Shown here in pieces: positions 8,924-18,832 of a stretch of DNA of 64,000 bases; the stretch's first letter is position 1, and every line of letters starts with the position of its first letter. A model generated the notes under the pieces. It made no database searches. It was not told where the DNA came from and saw nothing but the letters and a program-made list of their open reading frames with translations. This DNA is from a virus. Made by a program: the position numbers and the translations under genes. The stretch spans positions 92,520 through 156,519 of IMG/VR virus record IMGVR_UViG_3300037876_000116; one strand, written 5' to 3'.

Positions 8924-11323
8924 ATGGCTGATGAAACTACAATAGAAGACTTAAAAGCCCGCATCGCCTTGCAAGAAACAGAGATTGGGCTTTTGCGCGA
9001 AAAGAAAGAGTTTCTTGACGACGAAGCTGAATTGCAGTCATCACAGCTTGAGTTAGCTAAGAAAAAACTAGAAGAAACACGCAAGTATATCTTAGCTCAA
9101 GGCAACATTAAAGATCTAGACGAAGCTAGGCAAAAGGCTCTTATGAAAAGTCTTCAGCTTATGCAACAAGAAGTACAACAGGAAGACGCTCGGTTAAAAG
9201 CAATAAAAGCTTCTCAAAAAGCTTCTCAACAATTAAATGAGACTGCTGCATCTTACTTTAGCCAAATAACCATGATTAACGACGGCTGGAAGCAAACTGC
9301 GCTCGGAGGCTTACTACAGGCTTCTAACACCGCAAAAGGGCTTGAAGGCTCGTTTAAGGCTATGGGAACGGCAATTAAAGCGCTACCTATGAAAACATTT
9401 GCTAATATCTTGGGAGAGATAGAACAGCAAACTGTTATGATGGTTATGGGTCTTATGAATGGTGCAGCCGAACTAACCAAGGTAACCGGGCTTATAGACC
9501 AAAATTTTCAAGGTCAAATACAACAACTTGGTTCTGATTTTTCTAATATGGCTTTGGGCATTCAAGAAGCACAAGTAGTACTAAAGTCTTTGTATACTGA
9601 GTTTTCTAACTTCAGAAACTTAACTAAGTCAACACAAGAATCACTTAAAGGTACAACTATGACTCTTGTTGGGCTCGGCGTCGATGGTGGAACAGCAGTT
9701 CAATTTATGGATGATGCAATGAAGACTTTTGGTCTTAGCGCCAAGGAATCAGAAAAAGCCGCTCTAGGTATGTACGCTATTTCAAGAGACTTAAAGTTTA
9801 CAACAGAAGAGCTAATGACTGAGCTTGGAAAGTTTAAGGGTTATTTGGCTGCTTTTGATAACGGAATTGAAATATTTGAAAATCTTGCAATCGCCGCCGA
9901 CCGCGCTGGAATGGAGGTTAGTGAACTGGGGAAAGTAGTACAGCAATTTGATACTTTTGAAGGAGCAGCAAGGGCGGTTGGAAAATTAAATACTGCGTTA
10001 GGGCAAAACTACTTTGATATGCAGCGGATGATGAGCCTTAACCCTGATGAAAGAATAGAAGAAATGAGGAGCCAACTGCTCCTCGCCGCCCCTGATTTTG
10101 AAAGAATGAATTTTCAACAAAAAAGATTCTTAGCAACATCTGCTGGCTTCTCTGATGCTGGTGAACTGATGAAGTTTATGCGAGGCGAAGCTGCGGAAGG
10201 TGCTGACGACCTTAAGAAGTTTGGTATGTCACAAAAAGAAATAGAAGAAATTGCAAAAAATTCCAAAGCTCCATTGCAAGTTATGCAAGCTGCATTACAA
10301 AAATTGGCTATTGCCGCTGCACCACTAGCGAAAACTTTTGCTGACGTTGCTGTGGAAATTGCTGATTTCCTTTCTGAAAATGCCGAAGTTGTTAAATATG
10401 TAGTTTTAACTGCCCTGGGATTCAAAGCATTAACAGGCGCAATTAAAACATTTACTGGTCCATTTAAAGAAGTTAAAGATCTTATGACGGTTGCAGGAGC
10501 CGCAGGAACCACCGCCCAAGCCGCTGCTAATGTTAAGTTAGCAGCAAGCTATCAGGCTTTAGCACCAGCAGCCGCTGCCGCAGCGGGTCCGCTAAACGCC
10601 ATAACCATACCAATGGCTATAATCGCTGTATCAATAGCAGTGGTTGTTATAGCGCTGGCTGACTTGGTTAAGCACGCCATCGACGCAAACGTGCCTTTAT
10701 TGGAAGTAGCAGGTGCTTTCGCTATCCTGGCTGGTAGTGTGGGTCTTCTGGCTCTTGCTTTCGCCTCCGTCGCCGCTGGCTCACCAGTCTCGGCAATAGG
10801 CATTGCAATCGTCGCCGCCGCTATTCTGTCTCTTGGTCTTGCTTTGGCTTTTGTTTCGACGGATGATTTACAAGCCTTAGCAACTATCTTTCAGAGCATG
10901 GCGAAGACCGCCGCAACAAATCCTTTTGGAAGCTGGATAAGCGGGATAAAAGAATTTGCTAAAGAAGCAGATAACTTAAAATCAGATTTATCAACAATTG
11001 GGCAAGCTATCAATCAATTAGAAATGGATGCTGCGAAAGCACAGCCAGCTATCCAATTTGTTACAGCAATAAGTAAAATTGACGATCAAAGCGTTCAAGG
11101 TCTTACACAAGCAAAAGAACTTGTAACTCAATTAAACGCAGGAGTTAACGTTGAAACAGTAAAAGCAATTCAAGAATTAATAAAATCTGTTAATGCATCC
11201 ACAGCGCAAGCCGCGACCCCAACCAGTGATCGTCCAGTAGAAATAAAGTTAGATGGCAAAGTATTGGGCAGGTTTGTGGGTGGAGTCGTGAAGAAAGGCG
11301 TAAATTCCCCACGGATAGCATAA
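8924..11323 (+). CDS. Tail tape measure protein
   Basis: 799 aa, helical and Ala-rich with hydrophobic stretches, C-terminal IKLDGKVLGR; position downstream of the chaperone. Confidence 0.85.
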   Translation: MADETTIEDLKARIALQETEIGLLREKKEFLDDEAELQSSQLELAKKKLEETRKYILAQGNIKDLDEARQKALMKSLQLMQQEVQQEDARLKAIKASQKASQQLNETAASYFSQITMINDGWKQTALGGLLQASNTAKGLEGSFKAMGTAIKALPMKTFANILGEIEQQTVMMVMGLMNGAAELTKVTGLIDQNFQGQIQQLGSDFSNMALGIQEAQVVLKSLYTEFSNFRNLTKSTQESLKGTTMTLVGLGVDGGTAVQFMDDAMKTFGLSAKESEKAALGMYAISRDLKFTTEELMTELGKFKGYLAAFDNGIEIFENLAIAADRAGMEVSELGKVVQQFDTFEGAARAVGKLNTALGQNYFDMQRMMSLNPDERIEEMRSQLLLAAPDFERMNFQQKRFLATSAGFSDAGELMKFMRGEAAEGADDLKKFGMSQKEIEEIAKNSKAPLQVMQAALQKLAIAAAPLAKTFADVAVEIADFLSENAEVVKYVVLTALGFKALTGAIKTFTGPFKEVKDLMTVAGAAGTTAQAAANVKLAASYQALAPAAAAAAGPLNAITIPMAIIAVSIAVVVIALADLVKHAIDANVPLLEVAGAFAILAGSVGLLALAFASVAAGSPVSAIGIAIVAAAILSLGLALAFVSTDDLQALATIFQSMAKTAATNPFGSWISGIKEFAKEADNLKSDLSTIGQAINQLEMDAAKAQPAIQFVTAISKIDDQSVQGLTQAKELVTQLNAGVNVETVKAIQELIKSVNASTAQAATPTSDRPVEIKLDGKVLGRFVGGVVKKGVNSPRIA

Positions 11324-11348
11324 GTATAAATAAGAGAGGAAAAATTAA

Positions 11349-12260
11349 GTGATATTTGGAACAGATATAGATAAAGAAAAAACAACAACTCAAACCACGG
11401 CAGACGACACGCCCACTGGAATTCGACCAGCCGTTGTTCAGAAGGTAGTTAAAAAGAAGCGAACATTGTCTGGTATTGATGTAACTCCAAGACCTTCGCG
11501 GTTTGTCGATGGTTCTGTTTCTTATGAAAATGGCTTAAACAATCTCGGAACAATACAATTCTATCACATACCCACTGGTAAAGAAATGTACTTTAAGGCT
11601 TTCATAGAAAATTTTAATGATTCTTATACATCTGCTTGGCAAGAAACCCAAGTTTACGGGCGCATGGACCCCATACCTACCTTCGAAAACACTACAAGAA
11701 CAATTACATTAGACTTTACGGTTCCTAGTTCTTACGTTGCCGACGCCATGTCCAACATGAACATAATAGATACTTTTATTCAGTGTTTATACCCTGTCTA
11801 CGAAGACGCAGGCGATGCTGGCGGCGCTAAACATGTCTTATCCACAGCACCAGTTTGGAGAGTAAAATTTGGTAATTTAATTTCTAAAAGCAATAGCGGT
11901 AGCACCAGCGTAAAAAAAGATGGACTTGTAACTTATATAAAAGATTTCAATTTTCAACCCAATCTTGACGAAGGGTTTATGTTTTTTGAAGACCAAATGT
12001 ATCCCAAATCTTTTAGTGTAAACTTAAGTTTAACTATTTTGCATGAACACATACCAGGGTTTGTGAAGGAAAACACGCCAAAATTTGCTTCTGGGAAACA
12101 CAATTTCCCTTATGGTGTTGGCGATCCCGATGATGTCACATCCGCCGATAAAGGAGTAACCAATGTAGTCCAAGGACCTCCTGTCGCTAACAATGCTCAA
12201 AGTAGAACTCCAAGAAACGGCTTAGATAAGCGTCTGTTAGAACCTCGTCTGAACGCATAA
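11349..12260 (+). CDS. Baseplate/tube-initiator protein (gp48/gp54-like)
   Basis: 303 aa, GTG start; W.ETQVYGRMDPIPTF.NT.RTI.LDF pattern; follows the tape measure gene. Confidence 0.55.
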   Translation: MIFGTDIDKEKTTTQTTADDTPTGIRPAVVQKVVKKKRTLSGIDVTPRPSRFVDGSVSYENGLNNLGTIQFYHIPTGKEMYFKAFIENFNDSYTSAWQETQVYGRMDPIPTFENTTRTITLDFTVPSSYVADAMSNMNIIDTFIQCLYPVYEDAGDAGGAKHVLSTAPVWRVKFGNLISKSNSGSTSVKKDGLVTYIKDFNFQPNLDEGFMFFEDQMYPKSFSVNLSLTILHEHIPGFVKENTPKFASGKHNFPYGVGDPDDVTSADKGVTNVVQGPPVANNAQSRTPRNGLDKRLLEPRLNA

Positions 12261-12274
12261 AAAGAAACTATAAT

Positions 12275-12610
12275 ATGAGAAACAACTTTAAAAAAACATT
12301 TATCAATCGCACCCGACAGTACAAGGAACTTTTTAAAAAACGCAAGGTGAAAAGACCACTTCAGTTTGCTACCCCTGTGTTGAAAAACGTATCTGATAGC
12401 GACCTTAAAGATCTTAATCTGGTTCCTCACATATGGAAAACAGGAGATAGGTTTTTTAAATTGGCTGCAAAATTTTATGGTGATGCTGAATTGTGGTGGG
12501 TCATCGCGTTTTTTAACTATAAGCCAACAGATAGTCATGTTACAATGGGTGAAACTATTTATGTCCCCCTTCCATTAGAGAAGACACTTCTTTTAATGGA
12601 TTATCAATAA
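12275..12610 (+). CDS. LysM-like baseplate wedge protein (gp53-like)
   Basis: 111 aa; HIWKTGDRFFKLAAKFYGDAELWWVIAFFN..GETIYVP. Confidence 0.75.
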   Translation: MRNNFKKTFINRTRQYKELFKKRKVKRPLQFATPVLKNVSDSDLKDLNLVPHIWKTGDRFFKLAAKFYGDAELWWVIAFFNYKPTDSHVTMGETIYVPLPLEKTLLLMDYQ

Positions 12611-12626
12611 ACACGAGATTAACGCC

Positions 12627-15600
12627 ATGGCTTTAACAAAAGAACAAATAAAAAAACTATTTAAGGCACCTCGAACAGCTTTACAAAGCGCCCAATCTCT
12701 GATGGGTGTCACTCAGGATGAAGCCTTTCAAAGCGGCGATGATGACGCACGCCAGCTAATTGAAGAAAACAATAAGACTTGGGTAAGCATTACCAAAAGT
12801 CTTGTTACTAATGAACCTCCGTATATCATAGATGCAGAAGACAACAAAATTGTACTTAAGGATTCTATATTTCGGCTGTCAACTACAGACTTTAATGAGT
12901 TTTTAAACAATACCAACGTCGATGGTTGCCTGAAAAGCGAATCCAGCGTTTTTGATGTTAACCGTGCATTCGCAACTTTCTACGCCATTTTATGGCAACA
13001 ACAAGGAAGAAAAGGTCCCGGTCAAAACCAAGATATACTTTCATACGGGTCAACTTTATATGAAAAAGGTTTAGATTTTTGGAAAAGCTATGAGAAATTA
13101 TCAGCCGAGTTCGGATCTAAGTGGGTAAAGCAAAAACAATGGATCGCTCCCTCGCCCACCGAGCAGCAGGTCAGAGCAGTCACCTACACAGGGTTAATCC
13201 TACCTGTTCATAGGGCTTCCGATGCACGCAACGATGACTTGCACGGATGCAAGAACGAAACGCCTGTAAATACTGATACCGCTGGACAAGGCTACGCAAA
13301 TGTATCAGGATGGCGCGTAAACCGTACTGATTCAGAACGAAGTCAATATGATGGAAGAGTACATACTCCTACATGGCTTAATTATCAAATGGCTTGCACG
13401 AATCCTAGAAAAACACCATACGGCTCTCCTTCTTTGTGGGCTAGAGTTAAAGATGATTTTTTTCAATATTCCAATTCACTTGTGATGCAAGCAAATAAAG
13501 AAACACAAACAAAAGGCACTTTAGAATATGCTACTGTTGAAAAAGCGTATGAGAATGGATTCAATAGAAGTCCAGACTGGTTTGCATACACCACCCTCGG
13601 CAACCGAAAGAGTATTATGGAAGTTGCTCCTAGAAACGAAGGTTCCTGGTTGGACAATGTAGAACATTGGCAGTATTATGACGATTATTTGCCTTATTGG
13701 AATTTGGTTCATTCTTGGAGAAAAGTGAATAATAACGAGCAGCCAGGGATACCGTGGTTCGCAACAAAAAACTTTTCTCCTAATACCAGCGATTATGACC
13801 ACGCAGATCAACCCGATGGAAAAGGGAACAAACCTTTTAAAGAATATGTTACAAGCGGAACAAGGAAATTAAACCTGAAACATGGTTCTTTATATGGTAC
13901 GGGAATGCCTGCAAAAGATTTTAAATTTCCGCAATCAGCAGCCGAAAATATAAATAATTTTGGCTTTATGAAGAATGGGCTTTTTGACGGCGATGGCTCC
14001 AGCGACGGAGTTTTAAAAATTGCTGGAGATATTTACGGATTTGGAAAAAAGAAGTTGAATGGTAAGTCTTATGACACCGACGATGTTCCATTTGATTTAA
14101 TTATAGATTTTTTTAAGGGTCAACGCATCTCGAACAAAACCACTGATAGTGTTTGTGGGTTTAGTGAATTCGAGCTTTCCCGAGCCCCATGGGAAGCACA
14201 AAATTTATTGCGTCAAAATTATTTTGGTTTCGATAGAGAAGCCAAAGCGAACGGCTGGGAAGGTAATAGAGGAGGCATGGGCTACGCTCTAGAACCGTTA
14301 AAATTTGTTGCTTTGGACAAAAAAGAAAAAGGGAAAGATGTATCACTGAAATTTCAAACGGCGTTTTACTTTTTTTCTTGGGCTTTTGAATTGCTCGCCA
14401 AAACTATTGAGGAAGGTGCATCCGTTTTCACTATGGAAGATATTCCTTTTAACGATCCATCCGCATCCAGATATCCGATGACAGAAAGTGAAAACCGCAA
14501 GCAACACGCATTTTATGAATTTTTATTAAATTTTGTGTATGATTTGCTTTATTTTTCTAAAATACAAATAAAATCAACCATCCCAGATAAGCTGCCCGAG
14601 CCATCAAAAAACACCCCTTTGATCGGCAAAGGCGATACTTTTAATGATGCAGCAAAAAGACAAATTATTGAGAATGCCCAATGCTACATGCTTAATAAAA
14701 TCGACATTTTTGCGAGAGAACATACAAACTTCACTAATGGATTTAACCTACAATATGATTCAATATTAATTACTCAAGAAAAGTCTGGAAGAGCAAGCCC
14801 TGCTTTTGGCGGTGTTAAGTGCGATCATTTCTTAAATCTTCTAGGAAAGAGAGATGATGTGTTGGATAAATTTTTGAATATTCGCCCTGCCGATTTAGCG
14901 TTACTCCAGCCTCGAATTAGATTATTTAAACAAAGAAAAGTGACCAATCCAAAAACCGGCACACAAGATCAAAAACCTGTTAGAGTTCAAGTCCCAGGTC
15001 CATTTGAGACGCATATCAACACTGAGTCTATCAATAGCATCCTAGCACAGCGCAAAGGAAGAATGCTTGGTGCAGGAATCACAGAAATTAATATTCGTTC
15101 CGAAGGTGGGAACAAAGCCTGGGACAGGGATTCTTTAGTGACGGCTGAAATTAAATTTCATTTCAATAGACTAGAAGAAATATTTTTAAATTGGCCAGTT
15201 TATCCGAACAAAGAAGATGGAACAATTGACTACAACAATCCAGATTACCCTTTTGGTATAAGCCCAGGGTATACAAAAGAAAATGCCCCTGCATCGATTG
15301 CAGAGCTTGTTTTCCCTCCAAGAATGAATCCTGATGATATAACTTTAGGGAAATTTACTGATTTTGGAGCACCAGATTTTCAAATAATGCTCGAAGTAGG
15401 CTGGTCAGTTCCGAGGAACTTTTTTGATAATGGTGGGAATGGTATCGCCGCTGACATTATTAAACAACTGCAACAAAAAACTTTATATAAAACTTTCTTT
15501 TTAAGACCACACAGTTCAGAGTTTGACATAGCAGAAAACGGAACAATTGGACTGACGGTTGAGTATTATGATATTCCTGACACGTTATTGGGAACTAGAA

Positions 15601-17471
15601 AAAATAAACTGTTTCCGTCGCTGTTTTTAGATAATTTCGATGCAGATGTTCAAAGATCTGTTACTAAAAAACGACAACAAATCTCGGATATTAAAGAGAA
15701 ACAAGAAGGACCTCTCTCCCTCGCTGACCAGTCTAAAATTGTTAGACTTAAATCTGAAATTAAAAGCGAAGTTGAATCAGCACAAGACGACAAATTAGCA
15801 AACTTTCTTCACAAAAAAGTAGCCATGCTTTTTGGTTATTTAATGGGGCTTAAAGGTGGCGACTTCAACGGCGACAAAGGCGCTGTACCTCAACAAGATC
15901 CAAATAGGCAGATAAATCATCGAATAAACCTGCCTTACACCCTTTTGGGTATTTATGGAGATAAGAAAAAGGTTAAAAGATGGAAACCTTATAGAGAGCT
16001 AGGTAATCTTAGTGATGTAAAATTTTATAGAACGACGCCTGGTAATGAAGCGTTAGTTTTCAATAAGGATGGACTGGTGCCAACGAGCAATGTTCTTAAG
16101 AACGGCGCCGCCACCGCCTCCAATGCAGCCAAGATTTTGCAAGATACGCGCAGAACATTAAAAAACAACGACAAAGCAACTGCTATCAAATACAAACAAA
16201 AAGCCAATAAACTTTTAAATTCTCTCTCAACAGATTCTTTAAACTCTATAAATGAAGGTAATAAAGATTCTGTTTCCATTGATTTTGTTTATTTTGGAGA
16301 TTTTGTTCAAACTTTGATAGACGTATCACACATGGATGGAAAGAGTTTCATTGAAGAAGGACATAGAGTTAACAGGGAAGATTTAATTAATCTTATTTTT
16401 GGTTGTTTGTCCATCCCTCTTATAGGTCGCAAGGGTGTCATTCGAACCGTCCCAGTTAAAGTTACAGACATACCGATTGTTTCGAATATTTTAGTAGATT
16501 TTATTGTAAATTATATGATCAAGACAGAAAAATACGATGTTTCTTATATTGGTCTTGCCGTCGCTTTTTACAGATGGTTTTTGAAAACATATTTTAGTAA
16601 TAAATGTTTCCTTGGTGTTAGAGAGATAACAACGATGCATCCAGAAATTAACTTTTTTTCTATGTATGGATTAGACAAAACTGCCCCTACAAACCCACAC
16701 CCACTTACATTTTGGGAACCACACGAAAGTAATCCAACACAGTTAGATCTGAGGTCCAAGGGCATAGCTTATTCGCCTGGATCTTTTTCTCAGAAGATGG
16801 ATGAATATGATCAAAAGATTAAAGATGGTCAGTACAACAAAAACGCTTCTTACCATTTTTGTTATTTGGGTGGTCAAACTGTCGGAGAGGGGACTTATAG
16901 TTACAAGGACGATCTTGCAAAGAATATATATCACTTTTACATTGGTAGAGATTCGGGGATCGTGAAGAACATACAATTCAAAGCATCAGAACTTGAAGGT
17001 CGAGCAGAAGCTGAGTGGTCTGTGACGGGAGATAGCCTTAATCAAGCTATGTTTATGATTCCCCGCGTCTATGATGTTACTGTGACTCTCATAGGAAACC
17101 ATCTGTTTGAACCTGGGCAGACGTTTTTTGTTAACCCCACATTAGGAACATCTCTATCGCTTGTACCTGGAAAAGAATTATCTCAAAGTGAAATTTTGAA
17201 AAATACAGGTTTAGGCGGGTACTATTATATCAACAACATGGAAACTCGCGTCAAGGAAGGGCTTTTTGAAACAGTGATCGAGGGCATAAAGATTGGTCTG
17301 GCTTCCAGCAAAGACGTCGGCATGACTTTGAACTCCATCACTGCCGAAGATTTCACACAGGCTTCTATATCGGATCTTCAAGAACAAATGGATAAAGAGA
17401 AAAAACGAACTGGTGAAACACGCGGCTTCGGGGATGAATTGAGCGATTATTGGAGAGATCTTACTGACTAG
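12627..17471 (+). CDS. Large baseplate hub-type virion protein
   Basis: 1614 aa; C-terminal SGIVKNIQF..VTLIGNHLFEPGQTFFVNP..GGYYYI resembles a gp27/late-control-D hub; N-terminal ~680 aa not recognised. Confidence 0.5.
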   Translation: MALTKEQIKKLFKAPRTALQSAQSLMGVTQDEAFQSGDDDARQLIEENNKTWVSITKSLVTNEPPYIIDAEDNKIVLKDSIFRLSTTDFNEFLNNTNVDGCLKSESSVFDVNRAFATFYAILWQQQGRKGPGQNQDILSYGSTLYEKGLDFWKSYEKLSAEFGSKWVKQKQWIAPSPTEQQVRAVTYTGLILPVHRASDARNDDLHGCKNETPVNTDTAGQGYANVSGWRVNRTDSERSQYDGRVHTPTWLNYQMACTNPRKTPYGSPSLWARVKDDFFQYSNSLVMQANKETQTKGTLEYATVEKAYENGFNRSPDWFAYTTLGNRKSIMEVAPRNEGSWLDNVEHWQYYDDYLPYWNLVHSWRKVNNNEQPGIPWFATKNFSPNTSDYDHADQPDGKGNKPFKEYVTSGTRKLNLKHGSLYGTGMPAKDFKFPQSAAENINNFGFMKNGLFDGDGSSDGVLKIAGDIYGFGKKKLNGKSYDTDDVPFDLIIDFFKGQRISNKTTDSVCGFSEFELSRAPWEAQNLLRQNYFGFDREAKANGWEGNRGGMGYALEPLKFVALDKKEKGKDVSLKFQTAFYFFSWAFELLAKTIEEGASVFTMEDIPFNDPSASRYPMTESENRKQHAFYEFLLNFVYDLLYFSKIQIKSTIPDKLPEPSKNTPLIGKGDTFNDAAKRQIIENAQCYMLNKIDIFAREHTNFTNGFNLQYDSILITQEKSGRASPAFGGVKCDHFLNLLGKRDDVLDKFLNIRPADLALLQPRIRLFKQRKVTNPKTGTQDQKPVRVQVPGPFETHINTESINSILAQRKGRMLGAGITEINIRSEGGNKAWDRDSLVTAEIKFHFNRLEEIFLNWPVYPNKEDGTIDYNNPDYPFGISPGYTKENAPASIAELVFPPRMNPDDITLGKFTDFGAPDFQIMLEVGWSVPRNFFDNGGNGIAADIIKQLQQKTLYKTFFLRPHSSEFDIAENGTIGLTVEYYDIPDTLLGTRKNKLFPSLFLDNFDADVQRSVTKKRQQISDIKEKQEGPLSLADQSKIVRLKSEIKSEVESAQDDKLANFLHKKVAMLFGYLMGLKGGDFNGDKGAVPQQDPNRQINHRINLPYTLLGIYGDKKKVKRWKPYRELGNLSDVKFYRTTPGNEALVFNKDGLVPTSNVLKNGAATASNAAKILQDTRRTLKNNDKATAIKYKQKANKLLNSLSTDSLNSINEGNKDSVSIDFVYFGDFVQTLIDVSHMDGKSFIEEGHRVNREDLINLIFGCLSIPLIGRKGVIRTVPVKVTDIPIVSNILVDFIVNYMIKTEKYDVSYIGLAVAFYRWFLKTYFSNKCFLGVREITTMHPEINFFSMYGLDKTAPTNPHPLTFWEPHESNPTQLDLRSKGIAYSPGSFSQKMDEYDQKIKDGQYNKNASYHFCYLGGQTVGEGTYSYKDDLAKNIYHFYIGRDSGIVKNIQFKASELEGRAEAEWSVTGDSLNQAMFMIPRVYDVTVTLIGNHLFEPGQTFFVNPTLGTSLSLVPGKELSQSEILKNTGLGGYYYINNMETRVKEGLFETVIEGIKIGLASSKDVGMTLNSITAEDFTQASISDLQEQMDKEKKRTGETRGFGDELSDYWRDLTD

Positions 17472-17479
17472 GGTAATTA
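17472..17479 (+). promoter_or_regulatory. Putative late motif GGTAATTA (leaderless position)
   Basis: TANTTA core 4 nt before the ATG, no SD. Confidence 0.4.
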
Positions 17480-17483
17480 TCAT

Positions 17484-18824
17484 ATGGAATTTTTTGGACA
17501 AAATAAGTTAAACTCAAAGATGTCTTTCCAAGAGAGAGCACTTTTTAAAGAATATGGGATGGCTGAGTATCAAAACTTGAATTTGAGTGATTTCTTGTAT
17601 AAAAATCCATATTATGGGAAAATAGACAGGAAAGGATATTCAATTACCCCGCGACCTGAGTTCTTGAAAGAGTTGAGTGTGGGCAACAATATATATGTGC
17701 TAGACTTCGTTGCCGATGCCTTTGAAGCCTTCAGAAATTCTTTTACTTTAGAAGCTCGGGATAGAAATATATCTAGCAGCACCTCTAAATATTTAAATCT
17801 TATCCCCTCTCAAGGTTTCCAGAATTATGAAGACTTGTTTTATAACCACACTAAAGCCGTTTTTGAATCTATGTTTCAGGTCTTAACCGACAGTCCTTTG
17901 TTGCGAAAAAAAGCTTGTAATTATAAAAATTTCTTAAAATTTTATTTTTGGTTTTTAGAGTATATAGTTCCTGAAGCCCCTATCACTAGACCAGCTTTTG
18001 CGATGAGCAGGTTTTGCCCCACACAATCTACAGGTCTAATTATTAACTTGGATGCCAAGGCAAATCCATCTGATGATTTTGAGAAGAGAGAAGTCTATAT
18101 AAAAGACCCTTTGTTTAACGCATTTGTTCGCAAAGCAGCACAATATGGTTTTTCCGTGGACAAAAACAACCCCGCAAGACTCGTCGCCAGAATAAATGAG
18201 CCACAAATGAAGTTCTTTTTATCTTTAAACAACTCTAATCAAAAGAACTTATTTGAAAAGTATTATTTAAAAACTCATATCGGTGATTATAATGACTTTA
18301 AGGAAAACAGTCTTGTTTTTTATAATTCTTTTATTGAAGGATTTCCAGTTGAACATGTTCCGCATCAAACTAAAAACGGCTACGTTACAAAAGAAAGAAA
18401 AAGACTTTACGCCGACCAGAATGATCTTGAGGACATGGGAGAAGAATACTGGTTTACAAAGTATTTCTTTTTTAGATACTTGGAAAAACACGGGCGCACT
18501 TCAGGAAAATTTTACAAGAACTCACTAAGAAAGCATCTAAAGATTTTAAAAATTAAAGGTGTAGAGAAGACTATTGAAAAAATGGAAAGAATGTTTGCAA
18601 AGCATCCCCCCGAAGCTAATCCTAACGTTAGACAACAGATGTTTGATTATGGAATTCTTGATATAGAATCTGCCATTTATTATGGAAAGACTCCCAAAAC
18701 AAAAGAAGACATTTTGAGAACAATATTAAACCCTAGAAAAATTATCACCGCCGCCAATGTTACACAGACCGCTGCGGTCTTTGCTCAAGGAACAGGAACA
18801 ACTCCAGGCGTCAGCGGCTACTAA
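17484..18824 (+). CDS. Hypothetical protein, probably virion-associated
   Basis: 446-aa ORF following the baseplate genes. Confidence 0.65.
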   Translation: MEFFGQNKLNSKMSFQERALFKEYGMAEYQNLNLSDFLYKNPYYGKIDRKGYSITPRPEFLKELSVGNNIYVLDFVADAFEAFRNSFTLEARDRNISSSTSKYLNLIPSQGFQNYEDLFYNHTKAVFESMFQVLTDSPLLRKKACNYKNFLKFYFWFLEYIVPEAPITRPAFAMSRFCPTQSTGLIINLDAKANPSDDFEKREVYIKDPLFNAFVRKAAQYGFSVDKNNPARLVARINEPQMKFFLSLNNSNQKNLFEKYYLKTHIGDYNDFKENSLVFYNSFIEGFPVEHVPHQTKNGYVTKERKRLYADQNDLEDMGEEYWFTKYFFFRYLEKHGRTSGKFYKNSLRKHLKILKIKGVEKTIEKMERMFAKHPPEANPNVRQQMFDYGILDIESAIYYGKTPKTKEDILRTILNPRKIITAANVTQTAAVFAQGTGTTPGVSGY

Positions 18825-18832
18825 GAGGCTAA

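Noticed and set aside
11325-11332. T4-type late promoter TATAAATA
   Set aside because: It is a single intergenic occurrence in an AT-rich genome. The recurrent late-type motif here is (C)TANTTA, so this copy cannot be distinguished from chance.
1088-18824. Bacterial extracellular contractile injection system, tailocin or prophage
   Set aside because: Neck genes, a full replisome, phage-style promoters and single-strand gene orientation indicate a virion-forming lytic phage. No integrase, att site or host housekeeping operon is seen.
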